Source: an uncultured Methanomassiliicoccales archaeon
GTDB lineage: Archaea > Thermoplasmatota > Thermoplasmata > RBG-16-68-12 > EA-27
Length of the DNA stretch: 64,000 bases
Direction of reading: 5' to 3'
Assembly (NCBI GenBank): GCA_964396265.1
Contig: CAYNEM010000015.1
Location: forward strand, 1,182-65,181
In this document: piece after piece, positions 37,764 through 47,476 of the stretch
Layout: each line of letters opens with the position of its first letter
How positions within the stretch are numbered: position 1 is the first letter of the stretch
Program-made: the position numbers and the translations under genes
The notes under the pieces: generated by a model
What the model was told of the DNA's origin: nothing
Seen by the model: only the letters and a program-made list of their open reading frames with translations
Database searches by the model: none

Positions 37764-38198
37764 TTAGTCGCCGTCCTCGCCGGTTCGGCGGGCGACGAGA
37801 CCTTCGAAGTCCCGGTCAAAGCTCGCGATCTCGTCGATCCCCATGGACTCGATGATCTCCAGGGAGGTGCAGTCCGTGAAGCTCAGGCCTCGCGAGGCGA
37901 GCCGCTGGAACCTCGCCCACGACCGCAGGAGCGCCCGCGGGGAGACGAACGCCATGCCCATCAGGCGGCCAGGGGGTCCGGTGCCGAGGATCAGCTCCCC
38001 GACGCGAATCGCGAGGTCCGCCCGGCGCGTCCGCGCGAACGCGAGCGTCACCGCCTCGTCGAACACGTAGTCCGAGGTGAGGACGTCCCCGAATCGGCCG
38101 GTCCCCGCAGCTCGGAGGAGGCGGGACGCAGTGCGATGGTTCGTGTCTCGTGGGTTCGCGGCCGCGACGATGATGCCGGTGTCGAGGAACAGGCTCAT
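37764..38198 (-). CDS. vapC: PIN-domain toxin VapC.
   Basis: Conserved acidic residues in FLDTGIIVAA, DYVFDEA, SFTDCTSLEI and SFDRDF. Confidence 0.85.
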   Translation of the reverse strand: MSLFLDTGIIVAAANPRDTNHRTASRLLRAAGTGRFGDVLTSDYVFDEAVTLAFARTRRADLAIRVGELILGTGPPGRLMGMAFVSPRALLRSWARFQRLASRGLSFTDCTSLEIIESMGIDEIASFDRDFEGLVARRTGEDGD

Positions 38199-38479
38199 CG
38201 CTCGTCCCCGTACAGAGTCCGATCGATGTCCTCCTCGCGAGTCTCGACACCCCAGTCGACTGGAAAGTCTGCCAGGGCACGAAGCGTTCGCTTGGACAGC
38301 GGGTATTTCGGAGGACGGATGAGGAGGAGCGACGGTTCCTCTTCAAGGGCACGATCGATCAGCTGCTCGAGGATCGTCTGTTTCGTGGCCCGTTTCCGAT
38401 CCCGGAGCTGGATTCGAGCCTGGAGCGCGTCGAGCTTTCGATTCGCCCGGTCGGAAATCTTTACCGTCGTGGCCGCCAT
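38195..38479 (-). CDS. vapB: VapB-type antitoxin (RHH/CopG-like).
   Basis: 94 aa. 4-nt ATGA overlap with vapC. N-terminal TTVKISDRANRKLDALQARIQLR fits a ribbon-helix-helix. Near-palindrome AGTATACCGGATATACT upstream (38491-38507). Confidence 0.7.
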   Translation of the reverse strand: MAATTVKISDRANRKLDALQARIQLRDRKRATKQTILEQLIDRALEEEPSLLLIRPPKYPLSKRTLRALADFPVDWGVETREEDIDRTLYGDER

Positions 38480-38552
38480 CGGTCACATTATCCTCAGTAT
38501 ACCGGATATACTTTGCGCGGGGATTCTCTGAGAGGCGCCGTCAAGATCGCAA

Positions 38553-38561
38553 TGAGGCGGC
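38553..38561 (+). promoter_or_regulatory. TATA-like ATTTAAAGG 50 nt upstream of the DNA ligase gene.
   Basis: Same 9-mer as in the TBP promoter palindrome. Confidence 0.35.
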
Positions 38562-38610
38562 ATTTAAAGGGAGAAAGTTCATCTCGACACCCCCCAATCG
38601 CTCCCATCCT

Positions 38611-40215
38611 ATGGCGGCGCCGGAAACGCCCTTCTCCACGATCGCGACCCTTGCCGCCAAGCTCGGCGCGACGACGAAGCGCCTGGAGAAGCGCCGCCTT
38701 ATCGCGGACTACCTCTCCTTCCTTCGGCCCGACGAGATCCCCCCCACAGTCCTCCTCCTCGTGGGCAAGATCTTCCCCGAGAGGGAGCAGAAGGCGCTCA
38801 ACGTCGGCTGGGCCACCCTCCAGAAGGCGCTCGGCGAGACCCGCCAGAGCACGCTCGTCCCCAATCCGCTGACGATCGTTGAGGTCCAGCGCGCGTTCGA
38901 TGCGATCGCCGCCACGACAGGGAAGGAGAGCGTCGCGAAGAAGCGCCGCCTTCTGGAAGGCCTCTTCGGGCGCACCACACCGCCGGAACGCGGGTGGCTG
39001 TTGCGCAGCATGTTCGTCGACATGCGGATCGGCGTGAACGACGGGGTCATGATCGAGGCGCTGGCGGACGCCGCCGACGTCGACGCGGACCTCGTGCGGC
39101 TCGCGCACATGTTCACAGGGGACCTGGGCCGCACCGCCGCGATCGCGGTCCTCGAGGGCGAACGGGGGCTGCGCGCTCTGAGCCTGCGCCTCTTCACGCC
39201 CGTCAAGCCGATGATGGCCGAGATGGCGGGCGACCTGCAGGACGTGCTCGACGCGCACGGAGGCGAGACCGCGCTCGAGTTCAAGTTCGACGGCGCGCGC
39301 ATCCAGATCCACAAGCGGGGCGACGACGTTCGCGTCTTCAGCCGCCGCCTGACCGACGTCACCGCGAGCGTGCCCGAGGTCCTCGAGATCGCCGCACGGT
39401 TCGCCGCCAAAGAATTCCTCGTCGAAGGGGAGGTCGTCGCGCTCGACCACCGAGGAAGGCCGCGCCCCTTCCAGGACCTCATGCGCCGGTTCCGCCGCGT
39501 GCACCAGATCGAAGAACTGCGGCGCGAGATCCCCCTCCGCCTCTACCTATTCGATATCATATCCATGGACGGCGAGGTGCTCATCGGAAGGCCATACCGG
39601 GAGCGCTGGGACCTCCTCGCCTCCCTCGTCCCCGCGGACCAGCTCGCAAGACGGACAATCGCGCGAAGCGTCCCGGAGATCGAGTCCTTCTTTCGGAAGG
39701 CGCTCGACGAAGGCCACGAGGGGCTGATGGCAAAGGCGCTCGACTCGGACTACGCGCCGGGGAAGCGAGGGAAGAAGTGGTTCAAGATCAAGCCCGTCGA
39801 GACGCTCGACTGCGCGATCGTGGCGGCGGAGTGGGGCCACGGGCGAAGGGTCGGGACGCTGAGCAATGTCCACCTCGCGGTCCGCGGCGGGCCGACGGGG
39901 GAGTGGGCGATGATCGGCAAGACGTTCAAGGGCCTCACGGACGTGGAGCGCCTCGCGATGACCGAACGCCTGCAGGAGCTGAAGGTCTCCGAGGATCGGT
40001 GGACGGTGAACGTGCGGCCGGAGATCATCGTCGAGGTCGGGTACAACGAGATCCAACGGTCGCCGCACTACCCCTCCGGCTTCGCGCTCCGGTTTGCGCG
40101 GATCACGCGGATCCGCGAGGACAAGGGGCCGCAGGAGGCCGACTCGTATGACCGACTCCAGGGATTGTACCAAAAACAGTTCGAACGAAAGGGCGCCGCC
40201 GTACAGGAGCCCTGA
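38611..40215 (+). CDS. lig: ATP-dependent DNA ligase (replicative, archaeal Lig1-like).
   Basis: 534 aa. Adenylation motif I EFKFDGARIQ (KxDG), with DNA-binding, adenylation and OB domains. Confidence 0.92.
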   Translation: MAAPETPFSTIATLAAKLGATTKRLEKRRLIADYLSFLRPDEIPPTVLLLVGKIFPEREQKALNVGWATLQKALGETRQSTLVPNPLTIVEVQRAFDAIAATTGKESVAKKRRLLEGLFGRTTPPERGWLLRSMFVDMRIGVNDGVMIEALADAADVDADLVRLAHMFTGDLGRTAAIAVLEGERGLRALSLRLFTPVKPMMAEMAGDLQDVLDAHGGETALEFKFDGARIQIHKRGDDVRVFSRRLTDVTASVPEVLEIAARFAAKEFLVEGEVVALDHRGRPRPFQDLMRRFRRVHQIEELRREIPLRLYLFDIISMDGEVLIGRPYRERWDLLASLVPADQLARRTIARSVPEIESFFRKALDEGHEGLMAKALDSDYAPGKRGKKWFKIKPVETLDCAIVAAEWGHGRRVGTLSNVHLAVRGGPTGEWAMIGKTFKGLTDVERLAMTERLQELKVSEDRWTVNVRPEIIVEVGYNEIQRSPHYPSGFALRFARITRIREDKGPQEADSYDRLQGLYQKQFERKGAAVQEP

Positions 40216-40275
40216 CGTTCATAGAATTTGTAAACGAGAAGATAGATATATTCAGGTGCCGATCCTGACTCCGAG

Positions 40276-40953
40276 ATGAACCCGACCCCGGCCGCTGATT
40301 CCTCGGGCGCCCTCCCGAGCTTTGCTTCGACGAAGCGAGAGATCCTCCTCACCCTCAAGCGCGACGGCGAGGTGGACCTCGAGACCCTCGCCCGCGGCTT
40401 GCGTCTGTCGAAAATGGCGGTGTACCGCCACGTCAAGAACCTCGAGGAGGCGGGGCTGATCGAGAGGTCCGCGAAGCGCAACGGCGTGGGCCGCCCGCGT
40501 CTGGCACTGAAGCTCGCGCCCGGCGCGTCGTCGATCTTTCCGAAGGCGTACGCCTCGATCACGTGCGCAGTCCTCGAGTTCATCGAGAAGAAGATGGGAC
40601 GCGAGGCGGTGGAGGCCGCGCTGCGATCCCGCCAGGCGGGCGTCCTTCCTGAATACGAGCGCAAGGTCCGGAGCGACGACCTCGGCGAGCGGGTGCACGA
40701 GCTAGCGGTCATCCGCGACCAGGAGGGCTACATGGCGGAGGTCCGGGGGGGCGCGAAGGGCCGGTACGAGTTGTTCGAGTACAACTGTCCCATCGTGGCG
40801 GTCGCCGAGAAGTACGGGGAGGCGTGCGAGGTGGAGAACGAGCTGTTCCGGCGGGTCCTGAAAGCGGACGTGGACACGACGCACCGCGTCGTTGCTGGCG
40901 ACCATGTGTGCCGGTTCCTGATCAAACCAAGGACAAAAGGGGTGTCCATGTGA
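40276..40953 (+). CDS. HTH transcriptional regulator (ArsR-like N-terminal wHTH with a Cys-containing C-terminal domain).
   Basis: ILLTLKRDGEVDLETLARGLRLSKMAVYRHVKNLEEAGLI. TATA-like GATATATTCAGG 30 nt upstream. Confidence 0.6.
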   Translation: MNPTPAADSSGALPSFASTKREILLTLKRDGEVDLETLARGLRLSKMAVYRHVKNLEEAGLIERSAKRNGVGRPRLALKLAPGASSIFPKAYASITCAVLEFIEKKMGREAVEAALRSRQAGVLPEYERKVRSDDLGERVHELAVIRDQEGYMAEVRGGAKGRYELFEYNCPIVAVAEKYGEACEVENELFRRVLKADVDTTHRVVAGDHVCRFLIKPRTKGVSM

Positions 40954-41966
40954 AGGCACCCGAAGGGTTCACAACGGATTGGCGACGGATGGTCCGCGGG
41001 AGCTACATCGCCGTGGATTGCGACCCAGCGACGGCCTCTCTCACGCTGTCCCATCATCTCGATGGCAACGGGACGCCGCAGCCGTTCCGACACGACCTCG
41101 CATCCGGCGCCGCTCTGAACTGGGCGGCGAGCGAACTCCGCGATGAGTACGGCCGGGGCGCGAAGCACGTGTACAACAACCACTTTGACGTCGACGGTTT
41201 CCTGGCGGCGTGGGTCGCGCTGCATCCGGACGAGGCGGTCCATCACCGCGAGGCCATCCTGGCGGCGGCCGCGAGCGGCGACTTCGCCGAGTGGACGAAC
41301 GACCGCGCGGTGCAGTTCGCGATCCTCGGGGAGTGGATCGACGACCCGAAGTATTCCGCGGTCGCGCGTCGCGCGCTCGACCTGAAGGAACGGTCCTCGG
41401 ACGAGGCGATGTACGACGCCGTGTTGGCGGAGCTCCCGGGCCTGCTGTACCATCCGGAGAAGATGGAGGAGCTGTGGCGCCCGCTCTACGAGGACATCCT
41501 CCGCCAAGTCCATCTCTTCGAGACCGGGGAGGCGCGCGTCCATGAGCGCCTGGAGGCGCACCTGTCCGTCGTCGAATCGTCGCGGGCGTTGCGTCCGCGG
41601 GCCGTGATCGCGAAGACCAAGGGCGACCGCATGCTCCAAATCGTCTCCGCGGGCGGCGGCCACCTGTACTTCTTCCGGTTCCGGCCGTACCTCGGCTACA
41701 GGATCGTTTCGCACGCCGTCACCGCGACGGCGAGCGCCACCTCGCTCGCGCGATGCCTGAACCGAGCGTGGCCGACCGAAGGCGAGCGGTGGGTGACCCG
41801 CGGCTGGTGGGACCAAGAGGTCTTGCTCACCGCCAGGAACGGGAAAAAGATGGTGCCCCGGACGCCGCCGGAGGTCGCGATCCCGATCTTCGAGGACGTC
41901 CTGCGCCGCCTTGATGGCAGCGCGAGCCCCGAGGGCGCCCAACCCTCCATGGCGGCCCGATCCTGA
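40950..41966 (+). CDS. Hypothetical protein, co-transcribed with the regulator.
   Basis: About 338 aa from the GTG overlapping the upstream stop. No recognisable motif apart from NHFDVDGF. Confidence 0.45.
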   Translation: MKAPEGFTTDWRRMVRGSYIAVDCDPATASLTLSHHLDGNGTPQPFRHDLASGAALNWAASELRDEYGRGAKHVYNNHFDVDGFLAAWVALHPDEAVHHREAILAAAASGDFAEWTNDRAVQFAILGEWIDDPKYSAVARRALDLKERSSDEAMYDAVLAELPGLLYHPEKMEELWRPLYEDILRQVHLFETGEARVHERLEAHLSVVESSRALRPRAVIAKTKGDRMLQIVSAGGGHLYFFRFRPYLGYRIVSHAVTATASATSLARCLNRAWPTEGERWVTRGWWDQEVLLTARNGKKMVPRTPPEVAIPIFEDVLRRLDGSASPEGAQPSMAARS

Positions 41967-42010
41967 CCGGGCCCGAGCCCTTTAAGCCGCCACAATCTGT
42001 TCGCCCCGCC

Positions 42011-42535
42011 ATGAGGAGGTTGGGGGTTTTCCTAGCAGTCTTGGCGGTGGTGCTGGTCCTTGCGCCGACGCAGACATCGGCGCATGTCAAGCCGAACGAA
42101 CACATCCTGCTCGCGGACTCCTCGGGCGCGGTCGGCGGGTTCGCGAACGTGCAGATGAACGCGAACCACGCGTTCCGGCTCGTGATCGCGCTCAAGCACG
42201 TGGAACCGTCGACGACGTACACGGTGTGGCTCGTGAACTGCGCATTCCCCACGGGCGTCCATCCGTGCCCCTCGGGCCCGCTTACATTCACGCACCCCTT
42301 TGGCGCGCGTTCGGCGCCCAGCTGCCCCTTCAGCCTCGGCGCGGGCCCCCTCACCACGATCCGCACGAACCCTGCGGGGAACGGGAACTCCGGCGCAATC
42401 CGGGTGAACGTCCAGAGCATCCCTGCGGGGACGTACTTCAATCACATCGACGTCGCTCCCACGCCCTGCCACCCTGCGGGGGCACAGCCGCCAGGGGTGT
42501 TCACCACCGCCACGGGATTCAGCTTCACGGTCTGA
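42011..42535 (+). CDS. Secreted Cys/His-containing protein of unknown function.
   Basis: Signal peptide MRRLGVFLAVLAVVLVLAPTQTSAHV. Several conserved-looking Cys/His residues (CPSGPLTFTHPF, APTPCHPAG). Confidence 0.5.
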   Translation: MRRLGVFLAVLAVVLVLAPTQTSAHVKPNEHILLADSSGAVGGFANVQMNANHAFRLVIALKHVEPSTTYTVWLVNCAFPTGVHPCPSGPLTFTHPFGARSAPSCPFSLGAGPLTTIRTNPAGNGNSGAIRVNVQSIPAGTYFNHIDVAPTPCHPAGAQPPGVFTTATGFSFTV

Positions 42536-42574
42536 TTCCCTTGGCTGGCGGTAGTTCCGGACCCCCGACACTCC

Positions 42575-42583
42575 CTTTTATAT
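42575..42583 (+). promoter_or_regulatory. Canonical archaeal TATA box (CTTTTATAT) about 27 nt upstream of the Ku ATG; leaderless-type promoter.
   Basis: Seen directly. The spacing fits BRE/TATA to TSS. Confidence 0.5.
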
Positions 42584-42608
42584 CCCGCCCACGCATGGCT
42601 TTTCTCCG

Positions 42609-43382
42609 ATGGCGCGCGCGGTCTGGTCCGGGGCGATCACGTTCGGCCTCGTGAACATCCCCATCAAGGTATACGGCGCGACCGAGGAGAAGGACCTGCG
42701 GTTCACCACGCTCCACGCGACGTGCAAGACGCCCCTCAAACGCCCGTACATGTGCCCCGTCTGCAACACGCCCGTGGAATCGAAGGACATGGTGAAGGGG
42801 TACGAGTACGGGAAGGGCAACTACGTCCTCCTCAACGAAGAGGAGATGGACGCGGTGGAGGTGGAGACGAGTAAAGCAGTCTCCGTCCTAGGGTTCGTCG
42901 ACGTCGACGAGATCGGCCCGCTGTTCTACGAGAAGTCCTACTACCTGGGGCCCGAAGAGACGAGCGTGAAGCCGTTCGAACTCCTCCGCCAGGCGCTCGT
43001 GCGGACGGACAAGGTCGCACTCGCGCAGGCCACCCTGTGGAAGAAGGAGCACCTCGTCGCGCTCCGCCCGATCGGGACCGGCCTCGTGCTCACGGTCCTG
43101 TTCTACGTGAATGAGGTCAAGGGGCCGCCGGAAATTCCGATGACGCGCCCGATCGTGATTGCGGACGAGGAGCTCGAGCTCGCCACGAAGCTGATCTCCG
43201 AGCTCACGAGGGAGTTCGACCCGGCGAAGTACAACGACCGGTATCGAGAGGCACTTTTGAATGTGATCGAAGCAAAAGTGACCGGGAAAGAGGTCGAGGC
43301 CCCGCCAAGGGTAGTGGTAGCCCCGACGCAGGACCTCATGGCGGCGCTCCGAGCCAGCCTCGAAGCGGTCAAGAAGGCGTAG
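42609..43382 (+). CDS. ku: Ku protein (non-homologous end-joining).
   Basis: The N-terminus ARAVWSGAITFGLVNIPIKVYGATEE is the hallmark Ku-core start. 257 aa. Confidence 0.9.
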   Translation: MARAVWSGAITFGLVNIPIKVYGATEEKDLRFTTLHATCKTPLKRPYMCPVCNTPVESKDMVKGYEYGKGNYVLLNEEEMDAVEVETSKAVSVLGFVDVDEIGPLFYEKSYYLGPEETSVKPFELLRQALVRTDKVALAQATLWKKEHLVALRPIGTGLVLTVLFYVNEVKGPPEIPMTRPIVIADEELELATKLISELTREFDPAKYNDRYREALLNVIEAKVTGKEVEAPPRVVVAPTQDLMAALRASLEAVKKA

Positions 43383-43437
43383 TCGCCGCTGTGCCAAGGT
43401 AGGGTGATCGAGAGAGCCTCTGCTTCCGAACGCGCCC

Positions 43438-43749
43438 TCAGCGGTTAGCGGCCCTCGCAGCGCTGTCCAAGAGCACTTTCTTGGCCTTGTCCCACGGAAC
43501 GATCTCGCGGATGTCCTGGCTGTAGTACGGGAAGAAGGGCAGGATCATGCCCAAGACCTTTTCCTTGGAATCCGCCTCGAAGATCGCATAGCCTTCTTCC
43601 GAGGTGAACCAGCCGACCTCCTTCAATGCACCTGCCTTCAAAAGCTGGTCTCCGCCTGCGATCGCTCCCTCCAGCACGTTGACGAACTGCTTCCGGTCTA
43701 CCGGCCACACCGATGGGTTGGCGCGGTAGTTAACCATGTATCTGGTCAT
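43438..43749 (-). CDS. Small hypothetical protein (possibly DUF3303-like).
   Basis: 103 aa with soluble composition. Sits between ku and ligD. Confidence 0.4.
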   Translation of the reverse strand: MTRYMVNYRANPSVWPVDRKQFVNVLEGAIAGGDQLLKAGALKEVGWFTSEEGYAIFEADSKEKVLGMILPFFPYYSQDIREIVPWDKAKKVLLDSAARAANR

Positions 43750-43900
43750 GATGACCCCCGGCGCGGGAGCCAGCCCAGGTGCTTAAGACTTCCGTCGGGA
43801 TCGATCGCGCCCGCGGCTTTTTAGGCGGGGGCTGCTTCTCCAGCCTTGGAGCGCGCCCGCCTAGGTTGCGCAGGGCCAGCACCTCGTCGGCGTTCGTGCG

Positions 43901-44863
43901 ATGCCGGAGCTGTGGGGACTCTCGATTCACCCGATGCTGACCGTGAAGGAGGAGAAGCCCTTCACCTCGCCCGACTGGATATTCGAGGTCAAGTGGGACG
44001 GCACCCGAGCCCTCTGCCATTACGACGGCGGGAAGTTCCGCCTGCAGAACCGCCGGCTGTACGACACAACGTACCGCTACCCGGATGTGCGGGTTGTCGT
44101 CAAGGCGAAGCGCGCGATCCTCGATGGCGAGGTCGTCATCATGTGGGAGGGTCGCCCTAGCTTCGAGAAGCTGCAGCTCCGAGAGCACCTCGTGGACGCG
44201 GACGCAATCGCCCGCATCGCCCGCCAGCTTCCCGCCACGTACGTCGCGTTCGACATCCTGTACGTTGACGGACAGGACCTCACCGCTAAGCCCCTGATGG
44301 AGCGGAAGAGGATCCTCGCGGAGGTGTTCGAGCCCACGGAGAGTGCCGTCGTCACGGACTATGTTGAGGCTGACGGCGAGGCGTTCTACCGGGTGTGCCA
44401 CGAGGGTGGCCTCGAAGGCATCATCGCGAAGCGGAAGGACTCGCGATATCTCGTAGGGAAGCGAGCGAGCGTCTGGAAGAAGATCAAGGCCCTCAAGACG
44501 ATCGACTGTGTGATCTGCGGGGTTACCGTGGGCGAGGGAAACCGCCAGGATGTGTTCGGGGCGCTCATCCTCGGCGTGTACGACGATGGCGGCGAACTGC
44601 ACTGCGTGGGCCGTGTGGGCACGGGCTTCGATCGCGGGATGGTCGAACTGTTGCACCGCCGCCTGTCGGAGATTCGGGGAGAGATGCCCTTCACGGAAGA
44701 ACCGCCGTTGGCGGGAGAAGTCAAGTTCTGGTGTCGCCCGGAGCTCGTCGCCGAGGTCGAGTACCTCATGCTCACACCGGACGTCGCGCTCCGCGCCCCC
44801 TCGTTCCAGAGGCTCAAGGAGGACACGGAACCAGGAGAGTGCCGCCTGCCACCGCGCAAGTGA
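43901..44863 (+). CDS. ligD: ATP-dependent DNA ligase, LigD ligase-domain-only type (NHEJ).
   Basis: KxDG adenylation motif EVKWDGTRAL. About 320 aa, which is minimal ligase size (adenylation plus OB). Near ku. TATA-like CTTTTTAGG at 43817-43825. Confidence 0.85.
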   Translation: MPELWGLSIHPMLTVKEEKPFTSPDWIFEVKWDGTRALCHYDGGKFRLQNRRLYDTTYRYPDVRVVVKAKRAILDGEVVIMWEGRPSFEKLQLREHLVDADAIARIARQLPATYVAFDILYVDGQDLTAKPLMERKRILAEVFEPTESAVVTDYVEADGEAFYRVCHEGGLEGIIAKRKDSRYLVGKRASVWKKIKALKTIDCVICGVTVGEGNRQDVFGALILGVYDDGGELHCVGRVGTGFDRGMVELLHRRLSEIRGEMPFTEEPPLAGEVKFWCRPELVAEVEYLMLTPDVALRAPSFQRLKEDTEPGECRLPPRK

Positions 44864-44979
44864 TCGCACGTACTCTGCCTGCGGAACGGACATACACCTC
44901 GGAAACACGATGTCCTGCGGCGAGTTCATGGACGACTAGGACTCGAAGCTCCACCAGATGATCCAGGGGCCCGCCCCTT

Positions 44980-45912
44980 CTACGCACCTTCCTGGCCGGG
45001 CACGCGCCGGAACGCCTCACGCGCGGCCAAGTAGATGCCAGCCAAGGCCAACGCGGAACCCAGGAGGACGAGTCCGGTCGCGGGGCACGCAGCGGACGCG
45101 CCACGGCACCCCGGTACCTCCCCGAGGAGGAGGAAGGCGAGGAGCGTCGCCCCGACGGGCTCCCCGAGAAGCGTCGCGGACACGACCGTCGCGTTCACGT
45201 GCTTCAACGCGAAGTTATACAGGGTGTGCCCGCCAATCTGCGAGACGACCGCCATGAGCAGGAAGATCCCCATGAGGGGCGCAAAGTTGCCCATGACGAT
45301 CACCGGCGTGGCCGTGAGGAGGGCGAAGGGAAGCAGGAAGAGGACGCAGAACGCGTACACGGTCGTCGCATACGGCACGAGATCCATCCGCTGCCGCAAT
45401 CGCCGACCCGCAAGGAGATACACGCCTGCCGCAATTCCCCCCAGGAAGGCGAGCACGCTTCCCAGGAGGGTGTTCGTCCCCTGTCCGAACTGCGCGACGG
45501 CGATCATCCCCACGCCGCCGAAGCCGAGTCCAATCCCGACCGCCATGCCGCGCGTCACGCGCTCCCGGAACAGGAAGTGCGACAGGATCGCGACGAGGAG
45601 GGGATGGGACGTGACGAGGACGACGGACGTCGCCACATCCACGAGCTGGAGGGAGAGGATCCACGTGGCGAAGTGGGCGGCGAGGGCGAAGCCGACGACC
45701 GCCAACAGGCCGTAGTCCCGCGCGGTGAGGGTCTTCATCTGCCGTCCCTTGGCGGTGAGCAAGAGGGGCGCGAGAAGCAGGGTCGCGAAGCCGAGGCGGT
45801 ACACGGCGATCACGAGGGCAGAGGCGCCGAGGTCGAAGCTCCACCGGATGAACACGGACGCGAACGAGACGCAGACGACCGCGACGAGGATCGCCGCCGG
45901 AGCGCGCTTCAC
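44980..45912 (-). CDS. EamA-family (DMT) transporter.
   Basis: 310 aa polytopic, with duplicated EamA halves. Confidence 0.8.
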   Translation of the reverse strand: MKRAPAAILVAVVCVSFASVFIRWSFDLGASALVIAVYRLGFATLLLAPLLLTAKGRQMKTLTARDYGLLAVVGFALAAHFATWILSLQLVDVATSVVLVTSHPLLVAILSHFLFRERVTRGMAVGIGLGFGGVGMIAVAQFGQGTNTLLGSVLAFLGGIAAGVYLLAGRRLRQRMDLVPYATTVYAFCVLFLLPFALLTATPVIVMGNFAPLMGIFLLMAVVSQIGGHTLYNFALKHVNATVVSATLLGEPVGATLLAFLLLGEVPGCRGASAACPATGLVLLGSALALAGIYLAAREAFRRVPGQEGA

Positions 45913-46027
45913 GGCGGGGGAGGAACCTCATGGTATGTAGAATGTGCCACGGACCCTGGGGAGCGTTTCCTCAAACCCCAAATACCCGTGTCGGCCATCC
46001 CCGAACCCCCTCTCACGGAAAGGTGGA

Positions 46028-46903
46028 ACCATGCGGGTGGAAGACATCCAGAAGGTGTGCGTGCTGGGCGCGGGCGCGATGGGCGCGGGCATCGCCCAGG
46101 TCTGCTCCCAGGCCGGCTACGCGGTCACCATGCGCGACATCGAGCAGAAGTTCGTCGATTCCGGCTTCAAGCGGATTCGAATACCGCTGATGAAACGCGT
46201 CGAGAAGGGCAAGATGACCGCGGACGAGGTCGAGGCGATCGTCTCGCGCATCCAAGGCACGACGGACCTTTCGGCGGCGGTGAAGGACGCGCAGCTCGTG
46301 ATCGAGGCCGTCCCGGAGAAGATGGAGATCAAGAAGTCCGTCTGGTCCGACGCAGAGCGCCACTGCGGGCCCACGGTCGTGTTCGCGTCGAACACGTCCT
46401 CGCTCAGCATCACGGAGATGGCGACCGCGACCAAGCGCGCGGACCGCTTCGTGGGCCTGCACTTCTTCAACCCCGCCCCCGTCATGAAGCTCGTCGAGGT
46501 CATCCGGGGCAGCGAGACCTCGAAGGAGACGATGCAGTTCGCGAAGGCGTTCTGCGCGAAGATCGGGAAGGAGGCCGTCGAGGTCAAGGAGGCCCCCGGG
46601 TTCGTCGTGAACCGACTCCTCGTGCCGATGATGAACGAGGCGTTCAACCTGCTGCTGGAAGGTGTCGCGAGCCCCGAGGACATCGACAAGGCGATGAAGC
46701 TCGGGACGAACATGCCCATGGGGCCGTTCGAGCTTGCAGACTTCACGGGGCTGGACATCGGCCTCGACACGATGGAGACCCTGCACCGCGAGACCGGCGA
46801 CCCGAAATTCCGACCGTCGCCCCTTCTCCGTCAGTACGTCCGCGCAGGACGTCTCGGCCGCAAGACCGGCCGAGGGGTGTACGATTATTCTCAGACGCCT
46901 TGA
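46028..46903 (+). CDS. hbd: 3-hydroxyacyl-CoA (3-hydroxybutyryl-CoA) dehydrogenase.
   Basis: Start chosen at the ATG at 46028 (AGGTGG RBS). NAD fold VCVLGAGAMGAGIAQV. Hbd signature HFFNPAPVMKLVEVI. Confidence 0.88.
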   Translation, partial: TMRVEDIQKVCVLGAGAMGAGIAQVCSQAGYAVTMRDIEQKFVDSGFKRIRIPLMKRVEKGKMTADEVEAIVSRIQGTTDLSAAVKDAQLVIEAVPEKMEIKKSVWSDAERHCGPTVVFASNTSSLSITEMATATKRADRFVGLHFFNPAPVMKLVEVIRGSETSKETMQFAKAFCAKIGKEAVEVKEAPGFVVNRLLVPMMNEAFNLLLEGVASPEDIDKAMKLGTNMPMGPFELADFTGLDIGLDTMETLHRETGDPKFRPSPLLRQYVRAGRLGRKTGRGVYDYSQTP

Positions 46904-46904
46904 A

Positions 46905-47081
46905 TCACACGCCGAGCTCGGGGATTTCGAACTCCTCTTGCAGATCGATGATCACCTGGTCGAGGACCTCCCCGAACGTGGACCCGCGGTACTCCCGGAC
47001 GCCCCCGAGATCGCTCTGGACCTTCGCGACGTACCCCTTCCCGTTGCGGATGACCTCGACGGCCGCGAGTTCCTCTTCCAC
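46905..47081 (-). CDS. HicB-like / UPF0150-family small protein.
   Basis: GKGYVAKVQSDLGGVREYRGSTFGEVLDQVIIDLQEEFE resembles the HicB N-terminal domain. Start set at the GTG at 47081 because a TATA-like CCCTATATAATCG (47119-47131) lies inside the longer ORF-track frame. Confidence 0.4.
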   Translation of the reverse strand: MEEELAAVEVIRNGKGYVAKVQSDLGGVREYRGSTFGEVLDQVIIDLQEEFEIPELGV

Positions 47082-47118
47082 GTGGTCCCTGCCTAATTCG
47101 AAGGCGAATCTGGGTTCC

Positions 47119-47190
47119 CTATATAATCGTTGCCCGCAGAGTCTCGGCGGGCGGTGGTTATCGTCCCCCCGCAAGAACCTTTATTAGCGA
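47119..47190. promoter_or_regulatory. Divergent promoter region with two TATA-like boxes: CCCTATATAATCG (minus-strand small gene) and CCTTTATTAGCG (S17e).
   Basis: Seen in the sequence. Confidence 0.35.
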
Positions 47191-47229
47191 GGCCCTGTCT
47201 CGATGCTCACCGCGGAACCAGGTGCAACC

Positions 47230-47421
47230 TTGGGGAACATACGACCGACGTACATCAAGCGCGTGGCCTTCGAGCTCCTCCGTCTCCATCCCGACGAGTT
47301 CACAGAGGACTTCGACCACAACAAGGTGAAAGTCGCAGAGCTGACGGACGTATCGACGACGATGATGCGCAACCGGATCGCCGGCTACGTGACGCGGCGA
47401 AAGCAGCTGGCCGTCCCGTGA
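47230..47421 (+). CDS. rps17e: 30S ribosomal protein S17e.
   Basis: [41 protein letters not shown]...[10 protein letters not shown] matches S17e closely. TTG start at 47230; the upstream ATG at 47203 would add 9 residues. Confidence 0.8.
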   Translation: MGNIRPTYIKRVAFELLRLHPDEFTEDFDHNKVKVAELTDVSTTMMRNRIAGYVTRRKQLAVP

Positions 47422-47476
47422 CCTGCCCACTCCTTTTGCGTGCCGCTCCGCGCCTGTTGGATTCGAAGGGAGCATC

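Noticed and set aside
40824-40953. ORF-track start at 40824 for the hypothetical protein, overlapping the regulator by 130 nt
   Set aside because: A GTG at 40950 overlapping the regulator stop gives tight coupling without a long overlap, so the shorter model is preferred.
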